Shown here piece after piece: positions 39,748 through 49,248 of a DNA stretch of 64,000 bases. Below the pieces are notes generated by a model, which was not told where the DNA came from, made no database searches, and was given only the letters and a program-made list of their open reading frames with translations. This DNA is from Prevotella sp. (GTDB lineage: Bacteria; Bacteroidota; Bacteroidia; Bacteroidales; Bacteroidaceae), in the NCBI GenBank assembly GCA_022511065.1, contig JAFLSG010000001.1:63801-127800 (forward strand), written 5' to 3'. The position numbers and the translations under genes were made by a program. Position 1 is the stretch's first letter. Every line of letters starts with the position of its first letter.

Positions 39748-40773
39748 ATGAAGCATCCCTACAAGACCGACATCGCAGTATTGTTATTGTTCTTCACCCG
39801 TTCCGACACGTTTGCACGGGTGTTTGAGGAAGTGCGCAAGGCGCGCCCATCGCGGCTGTTTCTATATCAAGATGGGCCGCGCAATGAGAAAGACATGGCG
39901 GGCATTGAGGCTTGTAGGCAGATTGTCAGTGATGAGAACATCGATTGGGAGTGCGAGGTGCATCGCAACTATCAAGAACACAACCTCGGATGCGATCCTT
40001 CGGAATATGTATCACAAAAATGGGCATTCTCAATTGCTGATAAGTGTATCGTATTGGAAGATGACGACGTGCCTACCCAATCGTTCTTCCCTTTCTGTAA
40101 GGAGATGCTCGACCGTTATGAACACGACGAACGCATTACGATGATTGCAGGCTTCAATGTCGATGAAATTACATCCGATGTACCCGATAGCTATTTCTTC
40201 ACCTCTGCCTTTAGTATCTGGGGATGGGCATCATGGCGGAGAGTGATAGACCAGTGGGATGGTTCTTATTCGTTTATTCATGATGACTACAATATGAAGC
40301 AACTTGCAGCATTGGCACAGCAACGTAAATATAGATCCAATATGCTTCAGATGTTTCATGATCATAGTCAAAGTGGAAAGGAATATTATGAAACCATCTT
40401 CTGGGCATCTATGCTTTTCCAATCCGGCCTTGCCATCATGCCAACGAAGAATCAAATTAACAACATCGGACTGATGGCAGACTCTACCCACTTCTCCGCA
40501 GAACTGAAGACCACGCCTCACCGCCTGCGCCGCATCTTCACCATGCAGCGCCACGAACTTGATTTTCCGCTCAGACATCCGAAATACATCATTGAGAATG
40601 TCGGTTATCTCGACCGCCTCTACCGCGTGAATGCATGGAATCATCCGTGGATAAAGGTGCAGAACTCGCTTGAAGAGCTTTGGCTTAGCCTGCGATATGG
40701 CAATTTCTCACACATCACCCGCTCCGTTGCTCGCCGCATCCGCAAGTGGATGGGAATCGAGCGGCATCATTGA
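39748..40773 (+). CDS. putative GT-A fold glycosyltransferase-like protein
   Basis: N-terminal IAVLLLFFTRSDTF...LFLYQDGPR and a VLEDD motif resemble GNT-I/HlpA-like transferases. Weak assignment. Confidence 0.45.
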   Translation: MKHPYKTDIAVLLLFFTRSDTFARVFEEVRKARPSRLFLYQDGPRNEKDMAGIEACRQIVSDENIDWECEVHRNYQEHNLGCDPSEYVSQKWAFSIADKCIVLEDDDVPTQSFFPFCKEMLDRYEHDERITMIAGFNVDEITSDVPDSYFFTSAFSIWGWASWRRVIDQWDGSYSFIHDDYNMKQLAALAQQRKYRSNMLQMFHDHSQSGKEYYETIFWASMLFQSGLAIMPTKNQINNIGLMADSTHFSAELKTTPHRLRRIFTMQRHELDFPLRHPKYIIENVGYLDRLYRVNAWNHPWIKVQNSLEELWLSLRYGNFSHITRSVARRIRKWMGIERHH

Positions 40774-40816
40774 GTGTTGCACAAAACTTTGCAACCGAGT
40801 TGCAAAAACTTCTGCG

Positions 40817-40824
40817 TATCTTTG
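40817..40824 (+). promoter_or_regulatory. -7 box (TATCTTTG) for the RND operon leader gene
   Basis: gcgtatctttg context, 52 nt upstream of the ATG at 40876. Confidence 0.5.
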
Positions 40825-40875
40825 TCGGCAAGATTGCACCGTTCGCGAGAGCGGAGCATCAATACATACCGCAGG

Positions 40876-41295
40876 ATGAGAAGAACAATTTCCACATTTT
40901 TCGTGCTGTTCGCCAATGTCGTCATATTGGCGCATGCTGTTGTTCCGCATCATCACCACAACAAGAGTTTCGCCGCCGTTGTCAATATTTTAGGCGGTCA
41001 TGCCGATGAGGAGCGATTTCATGCTCAATGCGCCAACTCGCACCATCATGACAACGATTCGGGCGAGTGTCTCATCAACGAGGCTTATGCGCCGGCTAAG
41101 GAGGCATTTGAGCAGAATAACATGCCTGGTTACGATGATAACCAGCCTGGTTATGATGCTGACTTTGGCAGGTATATCGTTGTAGCGCAGCCGGAGGTGA
41201 CTGCATACGCATATCGGCAACAACCATACGATGATGACGACCATCTTGCGCCTATATATCGCACTAACGGACTCCGTGCGCCGCCTTTTTGCTGA
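40876..41295 (+). CDS. His-rich membrane-anchored small protein (probable metal-binding, RND-operon associated)
   Basis: MRRTISTFFVLFANVVILAHAVVPHHHHNK...SHHHDNDSGEC. The start is set at the first ATG after the promoter; the listed ORF starts at 40774. Confidence 0.5.
   Translation: MRRTISTFFVLFANVVILAHAVVPHHHHNKSFAAVVNILGGHADEERFHAQCANSHHHDNDSGECLINEAYAPAKEAFEQNNMPGYDDNQPGYDADFGRYIVVAQPEVTAYAYRQQPYDDDDHLAPIYRTNGLRAPPFC
41116..41157 (+). repeat. two family-1 21-nt units in frame inside the His-rich gene (array D)
   Basis: aataacatgcctggttacgat and gataaccagcctggttatgat. 41138-41154 has perfect palindromic arms ATAACCAG-C-CTGGTTAT. Translated as NNMPGYD DNQPGYD. Confidence 0.7.
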
Positions 41296-41369
41296 TTCCC
41301 TTTCATTGCCTGCATAAGGCAGATTATTCAGAATCAACAAAAAGACAAGCACTAATAATGTCCTGAAAA

Positions 41370-42869
41370 ATGAAAATACAACATAGGGTTGCAACACTGC
41401 TTACGGCAGTGGCTGCGGTGGTGTGCATCAGTTGCCGGCATAGCCACGGGGATGAGGATATACATCATGAAAGCATACAACTGACGGCATACAGCGACGA
41501 CTTTGAGGTGTATGCCGAAGCGATGCCATTCGTGGCGGGCGAGCAGAGTGAGATAACGGCGCATTTCACGCACTTGAAGGATTTCAAGCCATTGGAGACG
41601 GGGAAAGTGACCGCAAGTCTGACCGTTGGGGGCAAGACCACGCAGCAGACGATGGATGCGCCTTCACGCCCAGGCATCTTCCTCTTTACGCTGATACCAG
41701 AAGCGGAGGGGAAAGGGTTGCTAAGATTCGACATCGAGACGGAAGCGGGCGGAACACGAGTCGTTATGCCTGAGATTGAGATATTTGCAAAGAGGCAAGA
41801 GGCCCTGCATGATGCCGCAGAGAGAGCCGTCACGGGCAGCAATGCTATTGCGTTCCCCAAGGAGATGAGTTGGAAGACTGACTTTTCCGCCGTTCTCTGC
41901 CGCAAGCAACCTTTTGGGCAGGTTATCCGCACGATGGCACAAGTGCAGCCCTCGCAGGGCGACGAGCGTATCATATCGGCAAAGGCAGGTGGCATCGTAA
42001 CAATTTCCGGCACGGGTGTGGCGGAGGGTAAAGCCATCAATGCAGGCCAGACCTTATTATATATAGAGAATGGCAATATGGCTGACAACAATATGGCGGT
42101 GCGCTATCGTGAGGCCGAGAGCAGTCACACGTTGGCGAAGCAGACGTATGAGCGCAAGAGGGCACTTGCGGAAGACGGCATCGTATCGCAAAGCGACCTG
42201 CAGCGGGCGAAGGCTGACTATGAGGCCGCGGAAGCCGCCTACAATAACCTGCACAAGAATTTTCCGACGGGGCGGCAAGTTGTCACATCGCCTATTGGCG
42301 GATTCGTAAGCCGATTGTTCGTCCGCAATGGTGAATATGTGGAGGCGGGTCAGCCGGTGGCAACCATATCGCAAAATCGCACGCTTCGCATCAAGGCGGA
42401 AATTCAATCGAGATACTATCCCCTGCTTGGCAATATCATGGATGCGCATCTTCGGATTCCGCGTAGCGGAGAGACTTACGATATGGAAAGTCTGAATGGT
42501 CGGATGGTGTCATACGGCAAGTCGGTTGAGGCGGATAGTCCTCTGCTTCCCGTTCTGTTTCAAGTAGATAACAAGGCGGGATTGTTGCCGGGTGAGTTCG
42601 TTGAGATGTTCATCAAGACGCGCGGCACGCAACTTGCGATTGTCGTGCCGAATGTGGCAATCGTTGAAGAGATGGGCAATCATTTCGTGTTCGTGCAACT
42701 CACGCCAGAGTTGTTTGAGAAACGTGAAGTGCGCATCGGGCAGACCGATGGCGTGGATACGGAAATATTGAGCGGGCTTGACGGCAGCGAGAGAATCGTA
42801 GCCAAGGGCGCGATGATGGTGAAACTCGCACAGGCGACGGGCTTTGATGCGCACGGTCATTCACACTAA
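41370..42869 (+). CDS. efflux RND periplasmic adaptor subunit (CzcB/CusB-like) with N-terminal extra domain
   Basis: Lipoyl, beta-barrel and alpha-hairpin regions (RAKADYEAAEAAYNNL). Lies upstream of the RND pump. Confidence 0.85.
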   Translation: MKIQHRVATLLTAVAAVVCISCRHSHGDEDIHHESIQLTAYSDDFEVYAEAMPFVAGEQSEITAHFTHLKDFKPLETGKVTASLTVGGKTTQQTMDAPSRPGIFLFTLIPEAEGKGLLRFDIETEAGGTRVVMPEIEIFAKRQEALHDAAERAVTGSNAIAFPKEMSWKTDFSAVLCRKQPFGQVIRTMAQVQPSQGDERIISAKAGGIVTISGTGVAEGKAINAGQTLLYIENGNMADNNMAVRYREAESSHTLAKQTYERKRALAEDGIVSQSDLQRAKADYEAAEAAYNNLHKNFPTGRQVVTSPIGGFVSRLFVRNGEYVEAGQPVATISQNRTLRIKAEIQSRYYPLLGNIMDAHLRIPRSGETYDMESLNGRMVSYGKSVEADSPLLPVLFQVDNKAGLLPGEFVEMFIKTRGTQLAIVVPNVAIVEEMGNHFVFVQLTPELFEKREVRIGQTDGVDTEILSGLDGSERIVAKGAMMVKLAQATGFDAHGHSH

Positions 42870-42887
42870 ACAAGGGAGGACATTCTG

Positions 42888-45800
42888 ATGGATTTTATCA
42901 ACCATATCATCCGATTCTCCCTTCGCAACCGGCTGTTTGTGCTGATAGGAGTGGTGTTGCTCATTGCGGGCGGTATATACTCCACGCAACAGATGGACAT
43001 CGATGTGTTTCCCGACCTGACGGCCCCCACCGTGTTCGTCATGACTGATGCGCGCGGAATGGCAGCTGAAGAGATTGAGCGATTGGTTACTTTCCCGATA
43101 GAGACGGCGGTGAATGGGGCGACCGATGTGCGTCGCGTGCGTTCAACATCGATGCAGGGCTACTCATTCGTATGGGCTGAGTTCGACTGGGGCACTGATA
43201 TCTTTCGGGCAAGGCAGATTGTGAGTGAGAAAATGGTGGCGCTAAGCGACGAACTGCCTTCGGGGATTGTACCCATACTCGCCCCGCAATCGAGCATCAT
43301 GGGCGAAATACTGATGATTGGTCTGCAGGCGGACAGCACTTCGATGATGGATTTGCGCACGCTGGCTGACTGGGTCATCAAGCCCGCTATCCTCGCCACG
43401 GGCGGCGTATCGCAAGTATCAAACATCGGTGGCGAACTACGGCAATATCAGATACTCGCAGACCCGCAGCGGATGGATGCATACGGCGTGACGCTTGATG
43501 AGTTGGAGGCCGTAGGGCGTACATTCAGTAATAACTCCGTGGGGAGCGTGATTCGCGATTACGGAAATGAATATGCCTTGCGTGGCATAGCCCGCGAGAC
43601 GGATTTGGATGCCCTTGGCAATTCATTGGTGAAGATGAAGGGCGGGAAGCCCATCGTGCTTGCGGATGTGGCTGACGTGGTTATCGGCAGTGCGGTTAAG
43701 ATGGGAAACGCATCGCAGAACGCCAAGCCCGCCGTCATCCTCGCCGTGTCCAAACAACCGAACATCAACACATTAGAAGTGACGCGCGCCATCGAGGCAA
43801 ATCTGCGAGAAATACAAAAATCCCTGCCCGCCGATGTACGAATGGACTCCCGCATCTTCCGGCAGGCGGATTTCATCGAGGCATCGGTCAGCAATGTCGG
43901 GCGGTCGCTCTTGGAGGGCGCATTGTTTGCGGTCGCCATCCTTTTCATATTCCTCGGTAGTTTCCGCACCACACTTATTTCCATCATCGCCATCCCTCTC
44001 TCGTTGCTTGGCACGTGCTTAGTGTTATGGCTGCTGGGTATGAACATCAACACGATGACGCTCGGCGGCATGTGCATCGCCATCGGCTCGTTGGTGGATG
44101 ATGCCATCATAGATGTGGAGAATGTTTATAAGCGATTGCGGCAAAATCATGCATTGCCAAAGGATGAGCGACTATCGACCTTCACTGTCGTCTTTGAGGC
44201 TTCCAAGGAGATTCGCGCCTCCATCCTCAATGCCACACTGATTATTATGGTGGCATTCGTACCCTTGTTCTTCTTGTCGGGCATGGAGGGCAGGATGCTG
44301 AAACCCCTCGGCACGGCATATATCATCGCTCTTTTCATGTCGTTGGTGGTGGCGATGACGGTTACGCCCCTGCTTTGCCAAACGATGTTGTCGGGCGACA
44401 AATATCTGAATAGGAATGAAAAAGACAGTCGGCTTGCGAGAAGACTGTCCGCCCTGCATCTCAAATCACTCACGTGGGTACTCGCCCATAGGCGTAAGGT
44501 GGTGTCTGCCACGCTGATACTCTTTGCCGTAGCGGTGACGATGCTCGCCACGATGGGGCAGAGTTTTCTGCCCGAGTTCAACGAAGGCTCGGCGGTGATT
44601 ACGGCGGTGACCAAGCCCGGCGTATCGCTCGATGTGAGCGACCAATTGGGCAATATGATTGAACAGGAAGTGATGAAAGTGCCTGAGGTTACTGGCACGG
44701 CAAGGCGAACGGGGCGCGGAGACTTGGATGAGCATTCGCTATCGGTGAACGTGACGGAGATAGATGTGCGCTTTGATTTGAAAGGGCGCGACAAAGAAGC
44801 GGTATTCAATGATATGCGTGAGCGGATGGCAACGATTCCCGGTATCGCAGCCACCATCGGACAGCCCCTCGGCCATCGTATCGACCACATGCTATCGGGC
44901 ACGCGCGCCAACATCGCGATAAAATTGTTCGGCACGGATTTGAGCCGTCTGTATATGCTCGGCAATCAGATTAAGCATGCCATCGACGATGTGGACGGGC
45001 TTGTGGATGTCAGCGTGGAGCAACAAATAGAGACCCCACAACTTCAAGTGCGCGCCAATCGAGCCGCCTTGGCAAGGCACGGCATCACGATAGAAGCATT
45101 CAACAGATTCATTGAGGCAGCATTCGCGGGCGAGAAGATTGCAGATATCTATGAGGGGCAGCGCAAGTTTGATGTTGTGTTGAGACTCAACGGCAACTAT
45201 ACGGAGAGCATCGAGGGTGTGCGCGACGCATTGATTGATGCGGGCAACGGGCGGAAGATTCCGCTCAGCGAAGTGGCGGAAATCGTATCCGTGGGCGGTG
45301 CCAGCACGATAACCCGTGAGAATGTGCAGCGCAAGTTGGTGGTGTCTGCCAACGTGTCCGGTCGTGATGTCGGCAATGCGGTGGCTGACATCCGTCGGCA
45401 GATTGATGAGCAAATTAAGTTGCCAGAGGGCTATCGCATTGAGTATGGTGGGCAGTTTGAGAGCGCCCGCAATGCCTCTCGCATCCTTGTCGTGGCCACC
45501 ATCCTTGCCATCGCCATCATCTTCCTGCTGCTCTACGGAGAGTTCAAGGATGCGAGGCTGTCGGCACTCGTGTTGCTCAACCTGCCCTTTGCGCTGATTG
45601 GCGGCGTATGGGCAGTGTTCCTCACCTCCGGCATCGTCAGCATCCCCTCCATTATCGGCTTCATCACCCTCTTCGGCATCGCCACACGAAACGGCATCCT
45701 GCTCATCTCAAGGCTCCGCCATCTGCGCGAGGAGGGTATGCCCCTGCGCGATACGGTGATACAAGGTTCGGCTGACCGCCTGAATCCTATCCTGATGACT

Positions 45801-45980
45801 GCCCTCACCTCCGCCCTCGCCTTGGTGTCCTTGGTATTCAACGGTGACAAAGCGGGCAACGAGATTCAGAGTCCGATGGCGGTGGTTATCCTCGGCGGAC
45901 TGCTCACCTCCACCCTGCTCAACATCTACGTAATGCCCGTAGTCTATGAATGGTTTGCGGGAAGGAAAAATGGAAAATAA
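42888..45980 (+). CDS. CusA/CzcA family heavy-metal efflux RND transporter
   Basis: 1030 aa, 12-TM RND architecture. The AIGSLVDDAIIDVEN motif is typical of the HME family. Confidence 0.93.
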   Translation: MDFINHIIRFSLRNRLFVLIGVVLLIAGGIYSTQQMDIDVFPDLTAPTVFVMTDARGMAAEEIERLVTFPIETAVNGATDVRRVRSTSMQGYSFVWAEFDWGTDIFRARQIVSEKMVALSDELPSGIVPILAPQSSIMGEILMIGLQADSTSMMDLRTLADWVIKPAILATGGVSQVSNIGGELRQYQILADPQRMDAYGVTLDELEAVGRTFSNNSVGSVIRDYGNEYALRGIARETDLDALGNSLVKMKGGKPIVLADVADVVIGSAVKMGNASQNAKPAVILAVSKQPNINTLEVTRAIEANLREIQKSLPADVRMDSRIFRQADFIEASVSNVGRSLLEGALFAVAILFIFLGSFRTTLISIIAIPLSLLGTCLVLWLLGMNINTMTLGGMCIAIGSLVDDAIIDVENVYKRLRQNHALPKDERLSTFTVVFEASKEIRASILNATLIIMVAFVPLFFLSGMEGRMLKPLGTAYIIALFMSLVVAMTVTPLLCQTMLSGDKYLNRNEKDSRLARRLSALHLKSLTWVLAHRRKVVSATLILFAVAVTMLATMGQSFLPEFNEGSAVITAVTKPGVSLDVSDQLGNMIEQEVMKVPEVTGTARRTGRGDLDEHSLSVNVTEIDVRFDLKGRDKEAVFNDMRERMATIPGIAATIGQPLGHRIDHMLSGTRANIAIKLFGTDLSRLYMLGNQIKHAIDDVDGLVDVSVEQQIETPQLQVRANRAALARHGITIEAFNRFIEAAFAGEKIADIYEGQRKFDVVLRLNGNYTESIEGVRDALIDAGNGRKIPLSEVAEIVSVGGASTITRENVQRKLVVSANVSGRDVGNAVADIRRQIDEQIKLPEGYRIEYGGQFESARNASRILVVATILAIAIIFLLLYGEFKDARLSALVLLNLPFALIGGVWAVFLTSGIVSIPSIIGFITLFGIATRNGILLISRLRHLREEGMPLRDTVIQGSADRLNPILMTALTSALALVSLVFNGDKAGNEIQSPMAVVILGGLLTSTLLNIYVMPVVYEWFAGRKNGK

Positions 45981-45983
45981 GTT

Positions 45984-47630
45984 ATGATTATGAGAGAAAA
46001 TATGATAAGCAGTAGCCTGAGGGTGATAACCAGGCTTGTTATGATGATAAAGTGCCTGGTTATGACGATAAGATGCCTGGTTAAGATGATAAGATGCCTG
46101 GTTAAGATGATAAGATGCCATGTTATGGCAATGGAAGAAATAAATGTTGTTATGAACGGTATGAAATCCTTAACACTTGATGTGAAAGCATCTGCAAGTG
46201 ATTTGATAGCAGAGGCAAGGGGGGTAAAGGTATCAGTAGGCGGTAAGGGGCTAATTGCAGGCGGTAAGGGATTGCTTGCTGGCAACAAGGATTTGATTGC
46301 AAGCCGCAGGGATTTGATAGCAAGCAGCATAAGGCTTGCAGCAATCGTTGTCTTTTTGTTTGTGATGCTGCCCGTTTCGGGGCAAAATATGTCTGCCGTT
46401 ATGCAAGGTACTTTCACCGATGAGCCAAGTGCTCCTATTACTGAGCAGAATGCTTCAACAATTGGGCAAATGACTCCTATAACGATGCAAGATGCTCTCG
46501 CAACAAGCAAAGATGTCTATACTCCTATATTAAAGACAATCGAACAAAACAGCCTGACGCTCGATGCGCTAAAGAAACAAGCGGAGGCACGGAAAACCGG
46601 CAACAGGACGGGGCTCACCCCCGCCAATCCAGAAGTTGAGTTCGGTTATTTGTGGGGCAACCCTGTTGCCATCGGCAACCGAAAGGATATCAGCGTCCGC
46701 CAGACATTCGATTTCCCCACGGTGTATGCCCAGCGGAGCAAACTGGCGGATGCACAAGATGACAATGCGGAATATGAATATCGCGCGCAACGCGCTGACT
46801 TGCTGCTTGCGGCAAAAAGAACCTGCATCGAACTGGTTTATTATAACGCTCTGAGCGCACTCTATGCCGAGCAAACCGAAAATGCTCGCCAGATTATGAA
46901 TGCCGTTGAGAAGATGCGGCAGGCGGGCGAGGCGAACATATTGGAGTATAATAAGGCGGTGCTGAACCACACGAACATCAGCGGTGAACTGAATCGCACG
47001 AATCTTGAGCGCCGTCGTTTGCTCGCTGAACTGACAAGGATGAACGGTGGACAGCCGATAGTGTTCGATTGCGCATCCTATGGTTCCCACGCCCTGCCCG
47101 CTGACTTCGATAGTTGGTATGCCGAGGCTGAGGCCAATGCTCCTGCACTCCATTATCTCAAGGCGCAGGCAGAAGCAAGCAATCGGCAGGTCAGTCTGAC
47201 GAAAGCCTCAACGCTTCCGAAGTTTTCGGTGGGTTATATGGGCGAGTTCGTGACTGGTGAAAAGTTTCAGGGCATCACCGTGGGTATGAGCATCCCCCTT
47301 TGGGAAAACAAGAACAAAGTAAGACAAGCCGAAGCCGAGGCGCGAACGGCCGTACAACTTGCGGAAGATGCTCGGATGCAGTATTATAACCGCCTGAAAA
47401 GCCTCTATGCTGAAATCGCAGGCCTGCAGGAGAATGTGCGGCAATACGATGCCGTGCTTCAGCAGAACGACAATGCCCGTTTGCTCCTCAAAGCCTATCA
47501 AAGCGGTGAGATTTCCCTCTTGGAATATCTGCTCGAAATGGAATATCATTTCACCGCGCTTGATAAACGGTTGCAGGCAGAGCGAGATTTGGAGTTGGCA
47601 TTGGCGGAATTGAATGCTTATCAGTTATAA
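45984..47630 (+). CDS. TolC family outer-membrane efflux protein (CzcC-like); true start uncertain
   Basis: The mature part (from about 46386) is TolC-like with two repeat halves. The signal-like h-region RLAAIVVFLFVMLPVSGQ lies about 120 codons into the ORF. The only in-frame ATGs upstream of it lie in or before the repeat arrays. Confidence 0.75.
   Translation: MIMRENMISSSLRVITRLVMMIKCLVMTIRCLVKMIRCLVKMIRCHVMAMEEINVVMNGMKSLTLDVKASASDLIAEARGVKVSVGGKGLIAGGKGLLAGNKDLIASRRDLIASSIRLAAIVVFLFVMLPVSGQNMSAVMQGTFTDEPSAPITEQNASTIGQMTPITMQDALATSKDVYTPILKTIEQNSLTLDALKKQAEARKTGNRTGLTPANPEVEFGYLWGNPVAIGNRKDISVRQTFDFPTVYAQRSKLADAQDDNAEYEYRAQRADLLLAAKRTCIELVYYNALSALYAEQTENARQIMNAVEKMRQAGEANILEYNKAVLNHTNISGELNRTNLERRRLLAELTRMNGGQPIVFDCASYGSHALPADFDSWYAEAEANAPALHYLKAQAEASNRQVSLTKASTLPKFSVGYMGEFVTGEKFQGITVGMSIPLWENKNKVRQAEAEARTAVQLAEDARMQYYNRLKSLYAEIAGLQENVRQYDAVLQQNDNARLLLKAYQSGEISLLEYLLEMEYHFTALDKRLQAERDLELALAELNAYQL
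46002..46127. repeat. family-1 21-nt units, array C1 (six units)
   Basis: atgataagatgcctggttaag occurs twice, plus variants. The array begins 22 nt after the czcA-like stop. Confidence 0.8.
46239..46343. repeat. second 21-nt tandem array (C2, five units, different sequence family)
   Basis: ggcggtaaggggctaattgca, ggcggtaagggattgcttgct, ggcaacaaggatttgattgca, agccgcagggatttgatagca and agcagcataaggcttgcagca. Confidence 0.75.
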
Positions 47631-47690
47631 GCCTATCCGTGTCGCCGAGATTACGGTTTGATACATTGTTGCTTTGCTATAATTAAGCAT

Positions 47691-48233
47691 CTATATCTCT
47701 ATCCGCTGGATCTCGCCGAATTCTACCAAATGATCCCACGCATTGGCCTCGCCGAATAAACCGGCGTAAAGACCGGCAGCGATGAGGACACCGCCGTGGG
47801 CGAAGATGGCGATGCGAGGGTTTGCTTGGTCAGCATAGGAGGCTTTCAGCTCATCGAGAAATGCATTGACGCGCCTGCGGACATCCACGAAACTCTCGCC
47901 ATTGGGCGTGGGCAAGTGCATGTAATCCTTATACCACTCGTCAAGACATGGGTCGGTGATATCGTTGTACTTCATCATTTCCCAGTCGCCAAAGTCCATT
48001 TCCCGCAAACGGTCGTCAAGGTGAGGATTAGAGTAGCCGCAATAGGCGGCGAGCTTGCGGGCGCGAGTGAGTGGCGAGGCATAGATGGCATCGAAGGGGA
48101 GATAGGGCGCAAGATTCTGCTTGGTGACTTCCGCCTCTTGTTCAAACGTGTCGCGAACCGCTACGTCACTTGCACCGTAGCATATCCCTGGTTCCACATC
48201 TACGCTGGTGTGTCTGACTAAGATAACTTCCAT
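47691..48233 (-). CDS. cobC: alpha-ribazole phosphatase (histidine phosphatase family)
   Basis: MEVILVRHT catalytic His motif. Lies in the cobalamin locus. An alternative start lies at 48260. Confidence 0.8.
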   Translation of the reverse strand: MEVILVRHTSVDVEPGICYGASDVAVRDTFEQEAEVTKQNLAPYLPFDAIYASPLTRARKLAAYCGYSNPHLDDRLREMDFGDWEMMKYNDITDPCLDEWYKDYMHLPTPNGESFVDVRRRVNAFLDELKASYADQANPRIAIFAHGGVLIAAGLYAGLFGEANAWDHLVEFGEIQRIEI

Positions 48234-48234
48234 T

Positions 48235-49248
48235 TTATGATTTTCGTTTAATGATGACATAGATGATGACGGGTGCGCCGATGAGCGGAGTCACGGCATT
48301 GAGGGGAATCACGCCACTCTCTCCGGGAAGGAAGCAGATGAGATTGCAGAGCAATGCGACGGCAGCCCCGCAGAGGATGGTGGCGGGCATCAATTGTCGG
48401 TGATTGTCGGTGGTAAGTAGCAGACGGGCGATGTGGGGTACTGCCAAGCCGATGAATGCCACGGGACCACAAAAGGCGGTGGTAACGGCGGTTAGCACGC
48501 CCGTCACGATGAGCATCGCATTGCGCACCCGCAGGATGTTCACGCCGAGATTCTCTGCATATTGGTCGCCCAGCATCAGGGCATTGAGTGGCTTGATGAG
48601 CAGCAAGGAGCCGGCAAGCCCTGTTAGTGTAGCCACCGTGAATAGTGGGATGTCTGCCATCGCCACGCCTCCGAAAGAGCCCATGCCCCATACAACATAC
48701 GACTTCACGCCCTCATCGGTAGCAAAGAAGTTTAGCAGCGAGATGGCGGAGTTTGAAATGTAGCCAATCATAATGCCGATAATGAGCAGCATCACGTTGT
48801 TGCGCACGAGGGCAGAGAAGAGGAAGATGACCGCCATCACTGCCATAGCCCCGAGGAATGCAGCAAGAAGGATGGCGGCAAAGCCACTGAACTGGAGGGT
48901 TCCAACGGAGAGTCCACCGCCAAAGAGCAGCATAACGAGTGCCACGCCCAAGCCTGCCCCACTATTGATGCCAAAGATGCCCGGGCCTGCCAACGGATTG
49001 CGGAAGATGGTCTGCAACATCAGTCCGCTGACGGCGAGCGCACTACCGCAGAGCAAGGCGGTAATCGCCTGTGGCAAGCGCGACTGGAGTATGATGAAAC
49101 GCCAGGATGCTTTTTCCGCCTCATCGCCCATCAGAATGCGCACCACGTCTTCCACAGGGATGGAAACCGAGCCTAACAACAGGTTGAGCGCGAAGAGCAC
49201 TACAATCAGGATGCCCAGACCGATGCAGTATAATATCCCTTTATTCAT
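48235..49248 (-). CDS. FecCD-family ABC transporter permease (B12/iron-siderophore type)
   Basis: 337 aa, about 9-10 TM helices, typical BtuC/FecCD sequence. Confidence 0.9.
   Translation of the reverse strand: MNKGILYCIGLGILIVVLFALNLLLGSVSIPVEDVVRILMGDEAEKASWRFIILQSRLPQAITALLCGSALAVSGLMLQTIFRNPLAGPGIFGINSGAGLGVALVMLLFGGGLSVGTLQFSGFAAILLAAFLGAMAVMAVIFLFSALVRNNVMLLIIGIMIGYISNSAISLLNFFATDEGVKSYVVWGMGSFGGVAMADIPLFTVATLTGLAGSLLLIKPLNALMLGDQYAENLGVNILRVRNAMLIVTGVLTAVTTAFCGPVAFIGLAVPHIARLLLTTDNHRQLMPATILCGAAVALLCNLICFLPGESGVIPLNAVTPLIGAPVIIYVIIKRKS

Noticed and set aside
40774-40875. Upstream extension of the His-rich protein ORF
   Set aside because: The extension lies upstream of or across the TATCTTTG promoter box (40817-40824). 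The first ATG after the box (40876) gives a sensible N-terminal TM helix.
46002-46343. Tandem repeats considered as a CRISPR array
   Set aside because: The units are contiguous 21-mers with no unique spacers between them. The repeat length is too short. No cas genes are in the window.
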